A program made the position numbers and the translations under genes. A stretch of 63,011 nucleotides of DNA, filler included. It is 7 parts of 7 records of this genome, joined end to end, with 100 filler letters (N's around TTAATTAATTAA, not from the genome) between each part and the next. Parts side by side here need not be neighbours in the genome. Positions count along the whole stretch, not along the records: positions 1 to 8,381 come from DRR723986_7043; positions 8,482 to 29,418 come from DRR723986_7050; 5 more parts are not named here. One strand, 5' to 3'. Below are positions 1-9,974 of the stretch, piece after piece; the first letter of the stretch is position 1, and the number at the start of each line of letters is the position of its first letter. Below the pieces are notes generated by a model that saw only the letters and a program-made list of their open reading frames with translations, was not told the DNA's origin and did not search any database.

Positions 1-588
1 CTCGATCTGGTCGTGGGTGACGTAGATCATTGTCTGGTTCAGGCTGCGCTGCAACTGACGAAGATCGCTGCGCATCCGTTCACGGAAGGCCGCATCAAGA
101 TTGGACAGCGGCTCATCCAGCAAAAAGATCGACGGCTCGACAATCGCCGAACGCCCGATCGCCAGTTTTTGCAGCTCATTCACCGACAATGACGCGGACG
201 GCGCATCAATCCGGTGGCTGAGCGCCATAAACTCGGCCATTTCCTCAACCCGGCGATTGATCTCGGCCTGTTGCACCCCCTGCACCTCCAAGCCGAAAGC
301 CAGATTTTTGCGCACCGACATATGCGTGAAAATGGCGTAGTTCTGAAACACGAACCCAACGCCGCGGTTTTGCATCGGCACGTTGGTGACATCCGCACCG
401 TCAAACCGGATGGTGCCGCCGCTGACGTCCTCGATGCCTGCAATCATATTCATCGTCGTGGATTTCCCGCAGCCCGAAGGCCCAAGGATCGCAACAAACT
501 CTGCATCGTTGATCGCAAGGTTCATGTTTCGAACAGCGGTGAATTCACCAAACTTTTTTGAGGTATCCTCAAGCGTGACACTGGCCAT
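1..588 (-). CDS. Sugar ABC transporter ATP-binding subunit (3' end outside window)
   Basis: Manual translation from ATG 588: MASVTLEDTSKKFG...LGPSGCGKSTT (Walker A)...VFQNYAIF (Q-loop)...FLLDEPLSNLD (Walker B)...IYVTHDQIE. ATGA overlap with the permease stop. Confidence 0.93.
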   Translation of the reverse strand, partial: MASVTLEDTSKKFGEFTAVRNMNLAINDAEFVAILGPSGCGKSTTMNMIAGIEDVSGGTIRFDGADVTNVPMQNRGVGFVFQNYAIFTHMSVRKNLAFGLEVQGVQQAEINRRVEEMAEFMALSHRIDAPSASLSVNELQKLAIGRSAIVEPSIFLLDEPLSNLDAAFRERMRSDLRQLQRSLNQTMIYVTHDQIE

Positions 589-1535
589 CAGCTTGCATCC
601 TTTTTCTTGACGCGGGCCATCAGCACCGCAGTAAGCACCGACAGTGCAACAAGGACCGTGATCCCGATGGAGGCGACGTAGGACCATTCGAGATCCTGAA
701 ACGTGCGTTTGTAGAGAAACAGCGACAGGCTTTCCGTGGCGACGCCCGGCCCGCCACCTGTCATCACAAACAGCATGTCAAAGATTTTGAAACACTCGAT
801 CACCCGCAGCCCGATTGCGATGGCAATCACCGTCTTGATGCGCGGCAAGGCGATGCGGAAGAACCGCTGCCGCCAGCTGGCGCCAAGGATCGTCGCGGCG
901 CGCATCTGGTCTTCGGGCACGCTCATCAATCCGGCAAACAGGATGAGGAACATCAAGGGCGTCCACTGCCAGACATCGGCGACCACCACGGCGATGAACG
1001 CGCGGCTGGTGTCATTAAGCCAGTTGACGTCCAATGCCCCCGGCCAGACCACCGAGAGGGCCGAATTGAGCGGGCCAGTTTGTTGAAAAATCAGGAAAAA
1101 GATGTATCCCGCCACCGCCGGCACAATCATCATCGGCATCAGGATCAGGCTATAAAGCACGGGTCGCCCGAACACGCCCTCATAAAACAGCGCGGCCAAC
1201 ATCAGGCCCAGCAGAAACTCAATCGGGACTGCCACCGCAACAAAAAGCAAGGTCCGCCCGACCGAGCCCCAAAGTCCGTCGTCCTGCATCAGATAGGTGT
1301 AGTTGTCGAACCAGTTCCACGACATCCATGCCAGATACCAGGGATCACCATCCAACGGCGTCCACCATGTCAGCGAGATAAAGATCTGCATGATCAGCGG
1401 GAACGCGACGATGAAAACCAACAAAACCTGCGCAGGGATCAACAGCCGTATCGCAAGAGACCGCCGTGATAGCGCCAACTTGTCCGCGGGCTTTTCACCC
1501 ACAGGCAAAGGAGCGGAAGAAGTTGCATCTGTCAT
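588..1535 (-). CDS. Carbohydrate ABC permease (MalF-like)
   Basis: Multiple TM segments, DVWQWTP, EAA-like loop 'RAATILGAS', 'MTGGGPG'. Confidence 0.93.
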   Translation of the reverse strand: MTDATSSAPLPVGEKPADKLALSRRSLAIRLLIPAQVLLVFIVAFPLIMQIFISLTWWTPLDGDPWYLAWMSWNWFDNYTYLMQDDGLWGSVGRTLLFVAVAVPIEFLLGLMLAALFYEGVFGRPVLYSLILMPMMIVPAVAGYIFFLIFQQTGPLNSALSVVWPGALDVNWLNDTSRAFIAVVVADVWQWTPLMFLILFAGLMSVPEDQMRAATILGASWRQRFFRIALPRIKTVIAIAIGLRVIECFKIFDMLFVMTGGGPGVATESLSLFLYKRTFQDLEWSYVASIGITVLVALSVLTAVLMARVKKKDAS

Positions 1536-2380
1536 TGTTTCAATGCTCCGAATGTCAGGCCGCGTACGAGGAACCGCTGGATCGAAATGCCAAGAATGAT
1601 CGGCGGCACCGCAGCCAACAGGCCCAGCGCGGCCTTTGCGCCATAAAGTTGTCCGCTTGCCGCTGTGGCCAGCGCGTTCATGTAGACGGGGATCGTGGTC
1701 CAGTCCTTGCGGGTCAGCAGCAGAGCAATCAGGTAATCGGACCAGTTGAGAATAAAGATAAACAGGGCGGTAGACGCCACCGCAGAAGCCACGATGGGCA
1801 GCGTGATCTGGCGAAATGCCTCAAACGGGGTGCAGCCCTCAACGATGGCCGCCTCTTCGATCTCGCGGGGCAATTCGTCGAAATAGGCTTTCATCAGCCA
1901 ATAGGAAAACGGCAGCGTCACGATGCCATAGATCAGGGCCAGCCCCCACCATGTGTCGATCATCCCGAGGAACGACCACATGATCATCACCGGGATCATC
2001 ACCGCCAGTGGCGGGAAGATCCGAAGTTGCAGCAGGGAAAGTCCGATGCTCTCATGCACACGCTCGCGGCTCACCGCATATGCCGCCGCCGTACCGCAGA
2101 TCACTGCAATCAACGTGCCGGAGATTGCCGTCAAAAGGCTGGCATAAAGGGGCCGCCAGACGGTCCGGTCCAATCCGACCATTTGATCGGGGGAGTTGCC
2201 GGTGAACACATAGCGGAAATTGTTCAGCGTTGGGTCTTTGGGCAAAAAGGTCAGCCCGCCAGCGGCGGACGTCCATTCCGCAGCCGGCTTGAACGCCATG
2301 GATGCCATCCAGGAGATCGGCAAAAGCGCAAGCGCAGCAAAAAAGGCCACCGCAAGGGTGCGTAAAAGTAGTCCAGTCAT
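1532..2380 (-). CDS. Carbohydrate ABC permease (MalG-like)
   Basis: EAA motif 'EIEEAAIVEGC', 'FILNWSDY', C-terminal 'QRFLVRGLTFGALK'. Start moved to ATG 2380 after GGAG. Confidence 0.92.
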   Translation of the reverse strand: MTGLLLRTLAVAFFAALALLPISWMASMAFKPAAEWTSAAGGLTFLPKDPTLNNFRYVFTGNSPDQMVGLDRTVWRPLYASLLTAISGTLIAVICGTAAAYAVSRERVHESIGLSLLQLRIFPPLAVMIPVMIMWSFLGMIDTWWGLALIYGIVTLPFSYWLMKAYFDELPREIEEAAIVEGCTPFEAFRQITLPIVASAVASTALFIFILNWSDYLIALLLTRKDWTTIPVYMNALATAASGQLYGAKAALGLLAAVPPIILGISIQRFLVRGLTFGALKQ

Positions 2381-2400
2381 TGTGATCTCCGGTTGGGTCA

Positions 2401-2432
2401 CGATCCCGCAGCGATCCTGTGCTGCGGGATCG
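2401..2432 (-). terminator. Intercistronic hairpin after the binding-protein gene
   Basis: Perfect 12-bp inverted repeat CGATCCCGCAGC / GCTGCGGGATCG just 3' of the SBP stop, with no U-tract. Confidence 0.6.
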
Positions 2433-2438
2433 CTGGTG

Positions 2439-4049
2439 TTAGCCTTTGTCGATGAGCGTTGGCCACGCTGCACGACTGGCTTGAATGGCGGGGATCATCT
2501 TTTCCTCGCCCTTCCGTTTGATCACCCGTTCCCATTTGCGCTGCGCATCGCGCATCGCATCCTCGGGTGATTTCTGCCCTGTTAATGCGGCCTGCAATTC
2601 CTCATCCAACGCGGAATCGAACGCCGTCTGCCCGGCAAAGTTGATGGTTGGTGCCGACCGCGCAATGGTCTCGCGGATCGTGTCCATCATATAGGGATGA
2701 TAGGTGTCCTCCACGAATTGCTCCGAGAAGTTGGCCTTCTGGAACGGATCGAAGTAACCCGCCGGATTGCCTGTCATCCACGAATAGATCCGCGTCGAGC
2801 TGAGCCATTGCAGGAACAGATAGGCCGCTTCGGGGTTGGCACTGTTGGAACTCACGGTGCCGGTGATGTTGTAGTAGATCACCGAACGGCGCACCAAATC
2901 ACCATCATGGTTCACACCGGGCGGGATATAGGCGCTCAACTGCCCTGCTGCGGGGCTTGCCGGAGTGCCATCCTCATTCATCCGGTCCACAAATTTGGTG
3001 ACGTTGGTATAGGTCGTCAGATGCGGTGTTTGCCCGCTTCCGATCCCGGCATAGCCCTCGGCATAGGTCCAGGACAATGCATCAGGGTGCGCCCATTCGC
3101 GGGATTTGACGTATTCGGACGCCGCCTTGATCGCCTGATCGGTATCAAGGTTAGGCCGACCGTCCTCGTCGAACCAATACATGTTCGGCACCGCCTGCGC
3201 GGCAAATCTGGCATAAAACCGTGGCAAGCCCCAGAACGGCGCCATGTCGTTGCCATTGCCGTAGATCTTGCTGCCGCCAAGGCCGGTCCGGCCGGTAAAG
3301 AACGCGCTGATCTGATCGCTTTCTTCCCATGTGTTTGGCGGCGCGAGCACGCGGCCATACTGATCCTGAAACGGCTGGGCATGGGCAGAATCTTCAAAGT
3401 AGCCCTTGTTGTAAACCCAGGTTTGAAAGTCACCATCCAGCGACGCACCATAATAATCGCCGCCATATTTATACAGCAATTCAGCGGTTTGCGCTGTGGG
3501 CGTTCCACGTTCCTCATCCGCCCAATCAGGCTGGTGGGTTGCGACGAAATCATTGAGGTTCATCGCGCCGCCGGCCTCGACCAGATCGCCAAGGCTGTTC
3601 CATGGATGGGTGTAGATATCAAAGGCACCCGATTGCGTGGTCACATCTTGCAAAACCCGCTTCCAGATGTCGCCTGCCGGTGCGCCGACGATCTCGATCT
3701 CCACGCCGGTTTCCGCTTCCCACACCTCTTTGACCGAGGGGCCGGACGGGAAAGGCTGTGTGATCTGGCCGATGGCACCATCGGTCAGGAGCATTGTGAT
3801 CTTTGCAGGTGCCCGCCCTTCGGCAACCATCTTTTTCATCGCTTCGATGGCGCGGCCCTCTGAATGCGATTCATTGTACTGGAACCGCTCCGCACCAGGA
3901 AATCCTGTTGGACCGCCCGTCATTCCCGACGCAAGCGCCGATGCATGGGCTGGTCGCACGAACCGAGGGTTGATGCCAACAGCACCAAGCGCCGTCATCG
4001 CAGCGCCGCCTTTCAGCATTCCTCTCCGCGTAATGTTGGTCTTTGTCAT
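2439..4049 (-). CDS. ABC sugar-binding protein with twin-arginine signal
   Basis: N-terminal TRRGMLKG plus AHA cleavage site. Family-1 SBP motifs 'PPNTWEE', 'EAAYLFLQWL', 'GQKSPEDAM'. Confidence 0.88.
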   Translation of the reverse strand: MTKTNITRRGMLKGGAAMTALGAVGINPRFVRPAHASALASGMTGGPTGFPGAERFQYNESHSEGRAIEAMKKMVAEGRAPAKITMLLTDGAIGQITQPFPSGPSVKEVWEAETGVEIEIVGAPAGDIWKRVLQDVTTQSGAFDIYTHPWNSLGDLVEAGGAMNLNDFVATHQPDWADEERGTPTAQTAELLYKYGGDYYGASLDGDFQTWVYNKGYFEDSAHAQPFQDQYGRVLAPPNTWEESDQISAFFTGRTGLGGSKIYGNGNDMAPFWGLPRFYARFAAQAVPNMYWFDEDGRPNLDTDQAIKAASEYVKSREWAHPDALSWTYAEGYAGIGSGQTPHLTTYTNVTKFVDRMNEDGTPASPAAGQLSAYIPPGVNHDGDLVRRSVIYYNITGTVSSNSANPEAAYLFLQWLSSTRIYSWMTGNPAGYFDPFQKANFSEQFVEDTYHPYMMDTIRETIARSAPTINFAGQTAFDSALDEELQAALTGQKSPEDAMRDAQRKWERVIKRKGEEKMIPAIQASRAAWPTLIDKG

Positions 4050-4120
4050 AACTTCCTCCCTGAGACACGCTCTCCGCCCTTCTTGATCGGCCGCGTTTCA
4101 TCTCGTTCCTTTAGGGAAGA

Positions 4121-4320
4121 GGAAACGTTTACATTAGTCAATCCTGAATCTCGCCGAAGTTTTGGCCCTCAAATCCACATCACATAAACCTTTATTTATA
4201 AACAACAAATAACTATAAATTGAAAAATTTGGCGATTTTCGACCCGATTCTTCACGCAAAATTTCGAAATTTCTTGACAATGCACTTCGACTTTTCAAGG
4301 ATCAAACTGGAAACGTTTAC
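4121..4320. promoter_or_regulatory. Divergent promoter region with two LacI-type operators
   Basis: GGAAACGTTTAC occurs at 4121-4132 and 4309-4320 (CG-centred near-palindrome). TTGACA at 4274-4279. LacI gene in the same cluster. Confidence 0.72.
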
Positions 4321-4376
4321 TTGAGCTATGCACACCAGTTTGACATAGTCGAATCAACACAAAGGGAGAGACCACA

Positions 4377-5432
4377 ATGGAAACCATCAAGGGACCGGGC
4401 CTGTTTTTGGGCCAGTTCGCCGGCGACGACGCGCCGTTCAACAGCCTCGACGCGATTTGCGGATGGGTCAAAGAATGCGGCTTTGAAGCTGTCCAACTGC
4501 CGATGTGGGACACCCGCTTTATCGATCTGAAAAAAGCCGCCGAATCAAAGACCTACGCCGATGAGTTGAACGGTATCGCCAAAGAGAACGGCGTCGTGAT
4601 CTGCGACACCGCCAGCCACATTCAAGGCCAGCTTTGCGCGGTCCACCCCGCTTATGATACGTGGATGGATGGCCTTTGCCCGCCCGAAGTGCGCGGCAAC
4701 CGCAATGCCCGGCAGGCTTGGGCCATTGAACAGCTCAAAGACTGCGCCCGCGCCTCCAAGAACCTCGGCCTGACTGAACACGCCACCTTTAGCGGCGCAT
4801 TGGCCTGGCCCTTCTGGTATCCATTCCCGCAACGCGACGAAGCCCTGATCAACGAAGCCTTTGACGAGTTGGCCCGTATCTGGCTGCCAGTTCTGGACGT
4901 CTACGAAGAGAACGGTGTGGATCTGTGCTTTGAGCTGCACCCGACCGAAGATCTCTATGATGGCGTGACCTTCGAGATGTTCCTTGAGCGCGTGAACAAC
5001 CACAACCGTTGCCACATCAACTACGACGCAAGCCATTTTGTGAAACAGGGCTTGGACTACGTGCAATTCATTGATTTCTATCATGAACGGATCAAGATGT
5101 TCCACGTCAAGGACAGCGAGTTCAACCCAACGGGCAAGCAAGGCTTCCTGTCCGGTTACCAGCCGTGGCTGAAACGCGCCGCACGGGACCGCAGCCTGGG
5201 TGACGGGCAGACGGATTTTGGTGCGATTTTCTCCAAGCTGACGGAATATGATTTCAAAGGCTGGGCCGTTTACGAATGGGAAGACTGCATTGAACACCCC
5301 GAAGATGCCGCCCCCAAAGGCGCGCAGTTCATCCGTGATCAGATCCGCCGCGTGACAGACAAGACATTCGATGACTTTGCCGGTGGCAAAGGCGATGTCT
5401 CAGGTGCCCGCGCGATCCTGGGTCTGGAGTAA
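4377..5432 (+). CDS. Sugar phosphate isomerase/epimerase (IolE/xylose isomerase-like TIM barrel)
   Basis: 'FELHPTED', 'NYDASHF', 'FHVKDSE', 'RSLGDGQ', 'YEWE' metal-site motifs. Confidence 0.9.
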   Translation: METIKGPGLFLGQFAGDDAPFNSLDAICGWVKECGFEAVQLPMWDTRFIDLKKAAESKTYADELNGIAKENGVVICDTASHIQGQLCAVHPAYDTWMDGLCPPEVRGNRNARQAWAIEQLKDCARASKNLGLTEHATFSGALAWPFWYPFPQRDEALINEAFDELARIWLPVLDVYEENGVDLCFELHPTEDLYDGVTFEMFLERVNNHNRCHINYDASHFVKQGLDYVQFIDFYHERIKMFHVKDSEFNPTGKQGFLSGYQPWLKRAARDRSLGDGQTDFGAIFSKLTEYDFKGWAVYEWEDCIEHPEDAAPKGAQFIRDQIRRVTDKTFDDFAGGKGDVSGARAILGLE

Positions 5433-5437
5433 GCGAC

Positions 5438-6625
5438 ATGGCAATCGAATCCTTTGGAACAGAACAAGCCGCAAGGAAATTGCGGCTTGGCATGGTCGGC
5501 GGGGGCCGCGGCGCGTTTATCGGCGCGGTACACCGCATGGCCGCCCGTCTCGACGACAAATGGGAGATCGTCGCAGGGGCGCTGTCGGCGGACCCTGAGA
5601 ATGCCAAGGCGTCTGGTGCCGATCTGGGGCTTGACCCGGATCGCGCCTACACAAGCTGGCAGGACATGGTCAAAGGCGAAAGCAACCGCGAAGACGGCAT
5701 TGATGCGGTATCCGTCGTGACCCCGAACCACCTCCATTTTGACGTCTCCAAGGCGTTTTTGGAGGCGGGTATAAACGTCATCTGCGACAAACCGATGACC
5801 GTGACCTTCGCAGAATCGCAAGAACTGGTGCGTATTGCGGATGCCAGCGGCGTGCAGTTTGTGCTGACCCAGAATAACACCGGCTATCCTTTGGTGCGGC
5901 AGGCCCGCGCGATGGTGGCGGATGGCACATTGGGTGACATTCAGGTGATCCGCACGTCCTATGTGCAGGATTGGCTGACCACCGCGCTGGATGCCGAGGG
6001 CCAAAAACAGGCCGCGTGGCGCACCGATCCAAAGCTGGCAGGCGCTGGCGGATCCATTGGCGACATTGGGGTCCATGCCTTCAATCTGGCCGCGTTTATC
6101 TCTGGGCTTGAGCTGGAAGAGGTCTGTGCCGACCTGCGCAGCTATGTTCCGGGGCGACAGCTTGATGACAATGCCAACGTGCTGCTGCGCTACAAAGGCG
6201 GGGCAACCGGCACGCTTTGGACCAGTCAGGTGGCGCCGGGCAATTACAACCGGCTGAGCATCGGCATCTACGGGACCAAAGGCGGGCTTGAATGGGTCGG
6301 CGAGGACAACGACAACCTCTATTACACCCCGTTCGGAGAGCCGACACGCACCATCACCCGCGGCGGTCCCGGCGCAATGGATGTGGCCAATGCAGGCACC
6401 CGAATGCCGCCGCGCCACCCCGAGGGCTATATCGAAGGGTTCGGAAACATCTATTCCAACGCGGCCGAAATGATCTGGGCCGCCAAGGAAGGGCGCGATC
6501 CTGATCCGTTCGCCACTGATCTGCCAACAGTGCGTGACGGGGCAACCGGCCTCGCATTTATCGAGGCATGTGTGCAATCATCCAACGATGGCGCGGTCTG
6601 GCAGAAGGTGGCAAAAGCAGGCTGA
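5438..6625 (+). CDS. Gfo/Idh/MocA family NAD(P) oxidoreductase
   Basis: 'LGMVGGG.GAFIG.VHR', 'VTPNHLH', 'ICDKP', 'GDIGVH'. Confidence 0.93.
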   Translation: MAIESFGTEQAARKLRLGMVGGGRGAFIGAVHRMAARLDDKWEIVAGALSADPENAKASGADLGLDPDRAYTSWQDMVKGESNREDGIDAVSVVTPNHLHFDVSKAFLEAGINVICDKPMTVTFAESQELVRIADASGVQFVLTQNNTGYPLVRQARAMVADGTLGDIQVIRTSYVQDWLTTALDAEGQKQAAWRTDPKLAGAGGSIGDIGVHAFNLAAFISGLELEEVCADLRSYVPGRQLDDNANVLLRYKGGATGTLWTSQVAPGNYNRLSIGIYGTKGGLEWVGEDNDNLYYTPFGEPTRTITRGGPGAMDVANAGTRMPPRHPEGYIEGFGNIYSNAAEMIWAAKEGRDPDPFATDLPTVRDGATGLAFIEACVQSSNDGAVWQKVAKAG

Positions 6626-6677
6626 ACCCGCCCTTGCCACAACCGCAGATCCGGGCCGCAACAAAAGGAACAACAGC

Positions 6678-7643
6678 TTGACCCCGAACGACATTTTTCG
6701 CCACACGGCTTTGGGTCGGGGTCTGGCTGACATCCGGCAAGTCACCATCGCCGATGGACCCGGCGCAGGTGGCCGCCTGATTGAGGTGCGCACACCAACT
6801 GGTCTTTACGCCGATATCGCACTTGACCGGGGCGGCGACCTGTTGCGCCTGTCCTACAAGGGGGCGGAAATCGGGTGGCACTCAAACACCCGCGCCCCCT
6901 GCCCCTGGCCCGACAGCGAGGCCGAACATGGCCTTGGATTTCTGCGCGGCTTTGACGGGTTGATGGTGACTTGCGGTCTTGATCATCACGGTGTGCCGGC
7001 GGAAACCTCTGCGGAGGCGCTGCTATATCCGCTCAGAGACAACAATGTGCATCCGTTGCACGGGCGCATCGCCGCCCAAAAGGCCGAGATCATCGAAAAA
7101 CAGATAGACTGGGACGCAGGTGTGATCACCATCAAACTGCGCATCCAGCAAGCCAGTGTATTTGGCGAAAACCTCGAACTGCTGCGCACCTATAGATTTT
7201 CCCTTTCCAGAGCCGAGATTACGATCGCAGATCGCGTGACCAACCGTGGGTTTCGGCCTGTGCGCCACGGCATCCTTTACCATTTCAACGCGGGGTATCC
7301 GTTCCTGAATGCTGAAAGTCGTCTGATCGGTGATGATTGGACGCTTCGCAACCAGCTTGACACAGGTGGCGCCGTCCCATCGGACGACCACGTTGAGGTG
7401 GTACAAGCCGTTGCAGCACCGCAGGACGGACACATCGGGCTGACCAATGGCGGCGCGCACGCTCTCTCCATTCAATTTGATCCCGAAGCCCTGCCCGTGA
7501 CCGCTCTTTGGCAGGCTTTCCAATCCGGCACCTTCGCCCTTGGCCTTGAGCCGCAGACAGATTTGACCGACGAGACGCAATCACGTCTGGTTGCCGGAGA
7601 GCAGAGAGACTACTATCTGACCGTGTCCATCAGCGGCCCCTGA
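6678..7643 (+). CDS. DUF4432 / aldose 1-epimerase-like protein
   Basis: 'GLMVTCGLDH', 'LHGRI', 'LYHFN.GYP', 'LGLEP'. TTG start after AAGGA. Confidence 0.8.
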   Translation: MTPNDIFRHTALGRGLADIRQVTIADGPGAGGRLIEVRTPTGLYADIALDRGGDLLRLSYKGAEIGWHSNTRAPCPWPDSEAEHGLGFLRGFDGLMVTCGLDHHGVPAETSAEALLYPLRDNNVHPLHGRIAAQKAEIIEKQIDWDAGVITIKLRIQQASVFGENLELLRTYRFSLSRAEITIADRVTNRGFRPVRHGILYHFNAGYPFLNAESRLIGDDWTLRNQLDTGGAVPSDDHVEVVQAVAAPQDGHIGLTNGGAHALSIQFDPEALPVTALWQAFQSGTFALGLEPQTDLTDETQSRLVAGEQRDYYLTVSISGP

Positions 7644-7686
7644 ACGTCAGCGGCCCTGCCCACCATTATGTGAGAGTTGTACATTT

Positions 7687-8381
7687 ATGAAATCCAAGGC
7701 CCCCAAGGTGTCGATCAAGGACGTCGCGCAGGCCGCCGGGGTTTCTATTGCAAGTGTCAGCCGCGCAATGAACGAGGGAACGGGCAACGTATCAGAGGCG
7801 ACGCGTCAAAAGGTTGAAAAAGCCATCGCCGAGCTGAACTATAGGCCCAACTGGATCGGCAAGGCACTGCGCGGGCATTCCAACAATACCTTTGCGATGA
7901 TCATTTCCAGCATTCAGAACAACTTCTTTTCTGCCGTGGCCTGGGAGATCGAGCGCCGTCTGAATGACGAAGGTGCCGCGATGCTTTTGTTCAACTCCAA
8001 CGAAAACATGCAATTGCAGGACCGTTGCCTGGAAGAGATCCGATCCCGGCAGGTGGCGGGGGTGTTTATGCTCTGCGCTGTGGACAGCCCCAATCTCAAG
8101 GAACTGGCCGAACACACACCGGTGATCCTGATCAACCGGCAGATCGACGATTTGCCCGACCTGCCCTTTGTCGGCATTGATGACCGGTCCGCAGCCAGCG
8201 AATTGGCCAAGGCAATCATGCGCGAAAACGACGGCCCGATTGCCTTGATCCACGGCCCCCAGACATCCAACACCAGCCGCGCCCGTCTGGACGGCTTTCG
8301 CAGTGAATTTGAACGCGAAGGCCGCGCCATTTTGCCCGAGAACATGATCGAAGCAGAGCTGTCGATGGAAAGTGGCTATGC
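7687..8381 (+). CDS. LacI family regulator (truncated by contig end)
   Basis: 'SIKDVAQAAGVSIASVSRAMN' HTH, 'LNYRPN'. Confidence 0.93.
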
Positions 8382-8481
8382 NNNNNNNNNNNNNNNNNNN
8401 NNNNNNNNNNNNNNNNNNNNNNNNNTTAATTAATTAANNNNNNNNNNNNNNNNNNNNNNNNNNNNNNNNNNNNNNNNNNNN
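8382..8481. other. Artificial contig linker
   Basis: N44-TTAATTAATTAA-N44 (stops in all six frames). Confidence 0.98.
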
Positions 8482-8841
8482 ATAGGTGCCGATATGGCTG
8501 TCCTTCATGATTTCCAATCGCCGTTCGCGGGTAAAACCTCCCCATAGTCCATCGGCTGTGTCAGCCAGCCCATCCTCGTGCATCGCGCCGGTGGTGATGA
8601 TCAAAAGCGCGAGGACAATGGCGGCACTTATGGCGGGCGGTTGGTTCAACACATTCAATATCCAACCCGTCAAACAGGCAATTGCACCTATGATAAGGCC
8701 CACCAACGGAAATGCCCAAGCCGCATAGGATTGCCGGGCAAACACGTGACTTGGCAATCTGGGCATCGGTAGGCGGGTCAAAAGCACCAGCGCAAGCGGA
8801 ATATCCCAGGTCGAGATGGCAGGACTGTCGTTTTTTGGCAC
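8482..8841 (-). CDS. cobS: Cobalamin synthase CobS (partial)
   Basis: 'LLTRLP', '[15 protein letters not shown]', '[13 protein letters not shown]'. Confidence 0.93.
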
Positions 8842-8920
8842 TTCCAGGCCTCTCCGGGTCTTGTGGCATTGGGTGCATTGGTTAAACACAGAGGACCACT
8901 CTGATGCAACGAGGCTTTTC

Positions 8921-9934
8921 ATGCTGCCCGAATTGACCGACCTATCGACCTTCCGCGACCTTCTGGCCGGGGCTCCAGGCCCGGACAAAGTTGCAACCAC
9001 CGATGCGCAAGAGCGCAACGGACAATTGACCAAGCCCCCGGGCGCGTTGGGACGGCTTGAAGATCTGGCGATCTGGTATGCTGGCTGGCGGGGAACCCCT
9101 CGGCCCGCAGTTGAGGCGCCTCAGGTCATTGTGTTTGCTGGCAACCACGGTGTGACGGCGCAGGGTGTTTCGGCCTTTCCGGCCGAGGTGACCGTACAGA
9201 TGGTGATGAATTTCCAACATGGTGGCGCTGCGATCAACCAACTGGCCAAAGCAGCCGGGGCCAAGATGGATGTACACGCGTTGGAGTTAGATAATCCCAC
9301 CGCTGATTTCACTCAAGCTCCCGCACTCAGCGAAGCCGAACTATTGACCGCTTTGCAGGTTGGGTGGACCGCCGTTGATCCAACCTCCGATCTGTTGGTG
9401 GTGGGCGAGATGGGCATTGGCAACACAACGCCCGCCGCTGCAATTGGCTGTGCTTTGTTTGGCGGCGATGCCGGGGAATGGACCGGTCGCGGCACAGGTG
9501 TCGATGACGCAGGTCTGGCCAACAAAACTCGTGTTGTCGCCGAAGGCGTCGCATTGCATGGCTCTACCGAGGACGGTTTAGAGATATTGCGCTGCCTTGG
9601 TGGGCGAGAGATTGCGGCCATGGCTGGGGCAATCGCAGCAGCGCGGGTTTTGCGGATCCCGGTGATCCTGGACGGGTTCATTTGTTGTGCGGCGGCCGCG
9701 TGTCTGTCCAAGACATCTGAGGGCGCGCTGGATCACACTGTTGCCGGACATCAGAGCGCCGAAGGAGCCCACAGCACTTTGCTGAATCATCTCGACAAAG
9801 AGCCGTTGTTGTCGCTCGGATTGCGCTTGGGCGAAGGGTCAGGTGGTACATTGGCGATCAACATCGTCAAAAGCGCAATCGCCTGCCATTCTGGCATGGC
9901 GACCTTTGCCGAGGCTGGTGTCTCAGACGGTTGA
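8921..9934 (+). CDS. cobT: Nicotinate-nucleotide-dimethylbenzimidazole phosphoribosyltransferase
   Basis: '[12 protein letters not shown]', 'GEMGIGNTT', 'LRLGEGSG', '[10 protein letters not shown]'. Confidence 0.95.
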   Translation: MLPELTDLSTFRDLLAGAPGPDKVATTDAQERNGQLTKPPGALGRLEDLAIWYAGWRGTPRPAVEAPQVIVFAGNHGVTAQGVSAFPAEVTVQMVMNFQHGGAAINQLAKAAGAKMDVHALELDNPTADFTQAPALSEAELLTALQVGWTAVDPTSDLLVVGEMGIGNTTPAAAIGCALFGGDAGEWTGRGTGVDDAGLANKTRVVAEGVALHGSTEDGLEILRCLGGREIAAMAGAIAAARVLRIPVILDGFICCAAAACLSKTSEGALDHTVAGHQSAEGAHSTLLNHLDKEPLLSLGLRLGEGSGGTLAINIVKSAIACHSGMATFAEAGVSDG

Positions 9935-9974
9935 TATTTGCTGTGCCTGAGTTGCCAGGGCATGCCCCGGCAGC

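Noticed and set aside
2697..3863. 388-aa plus-strand ORF
   Set aside because: Antisense shadow of the binding-protein gene, with no motifs
5339..6577. 412-aa minus-strand ORF
   Set aside because: Antisense shadow of the Gfo/Idh/MocA gene
8426..8437. Recurrent TTAATTAATTAA as a biological repeat or CtrA site
   Set aside because: Always centred in N-runs, so it is an assembly linker
8482..9934. Cobalamin riboswitch near cobS/cobT
   Set aside because: The intergenic gap is only about 80 nt and no B12-box was seen
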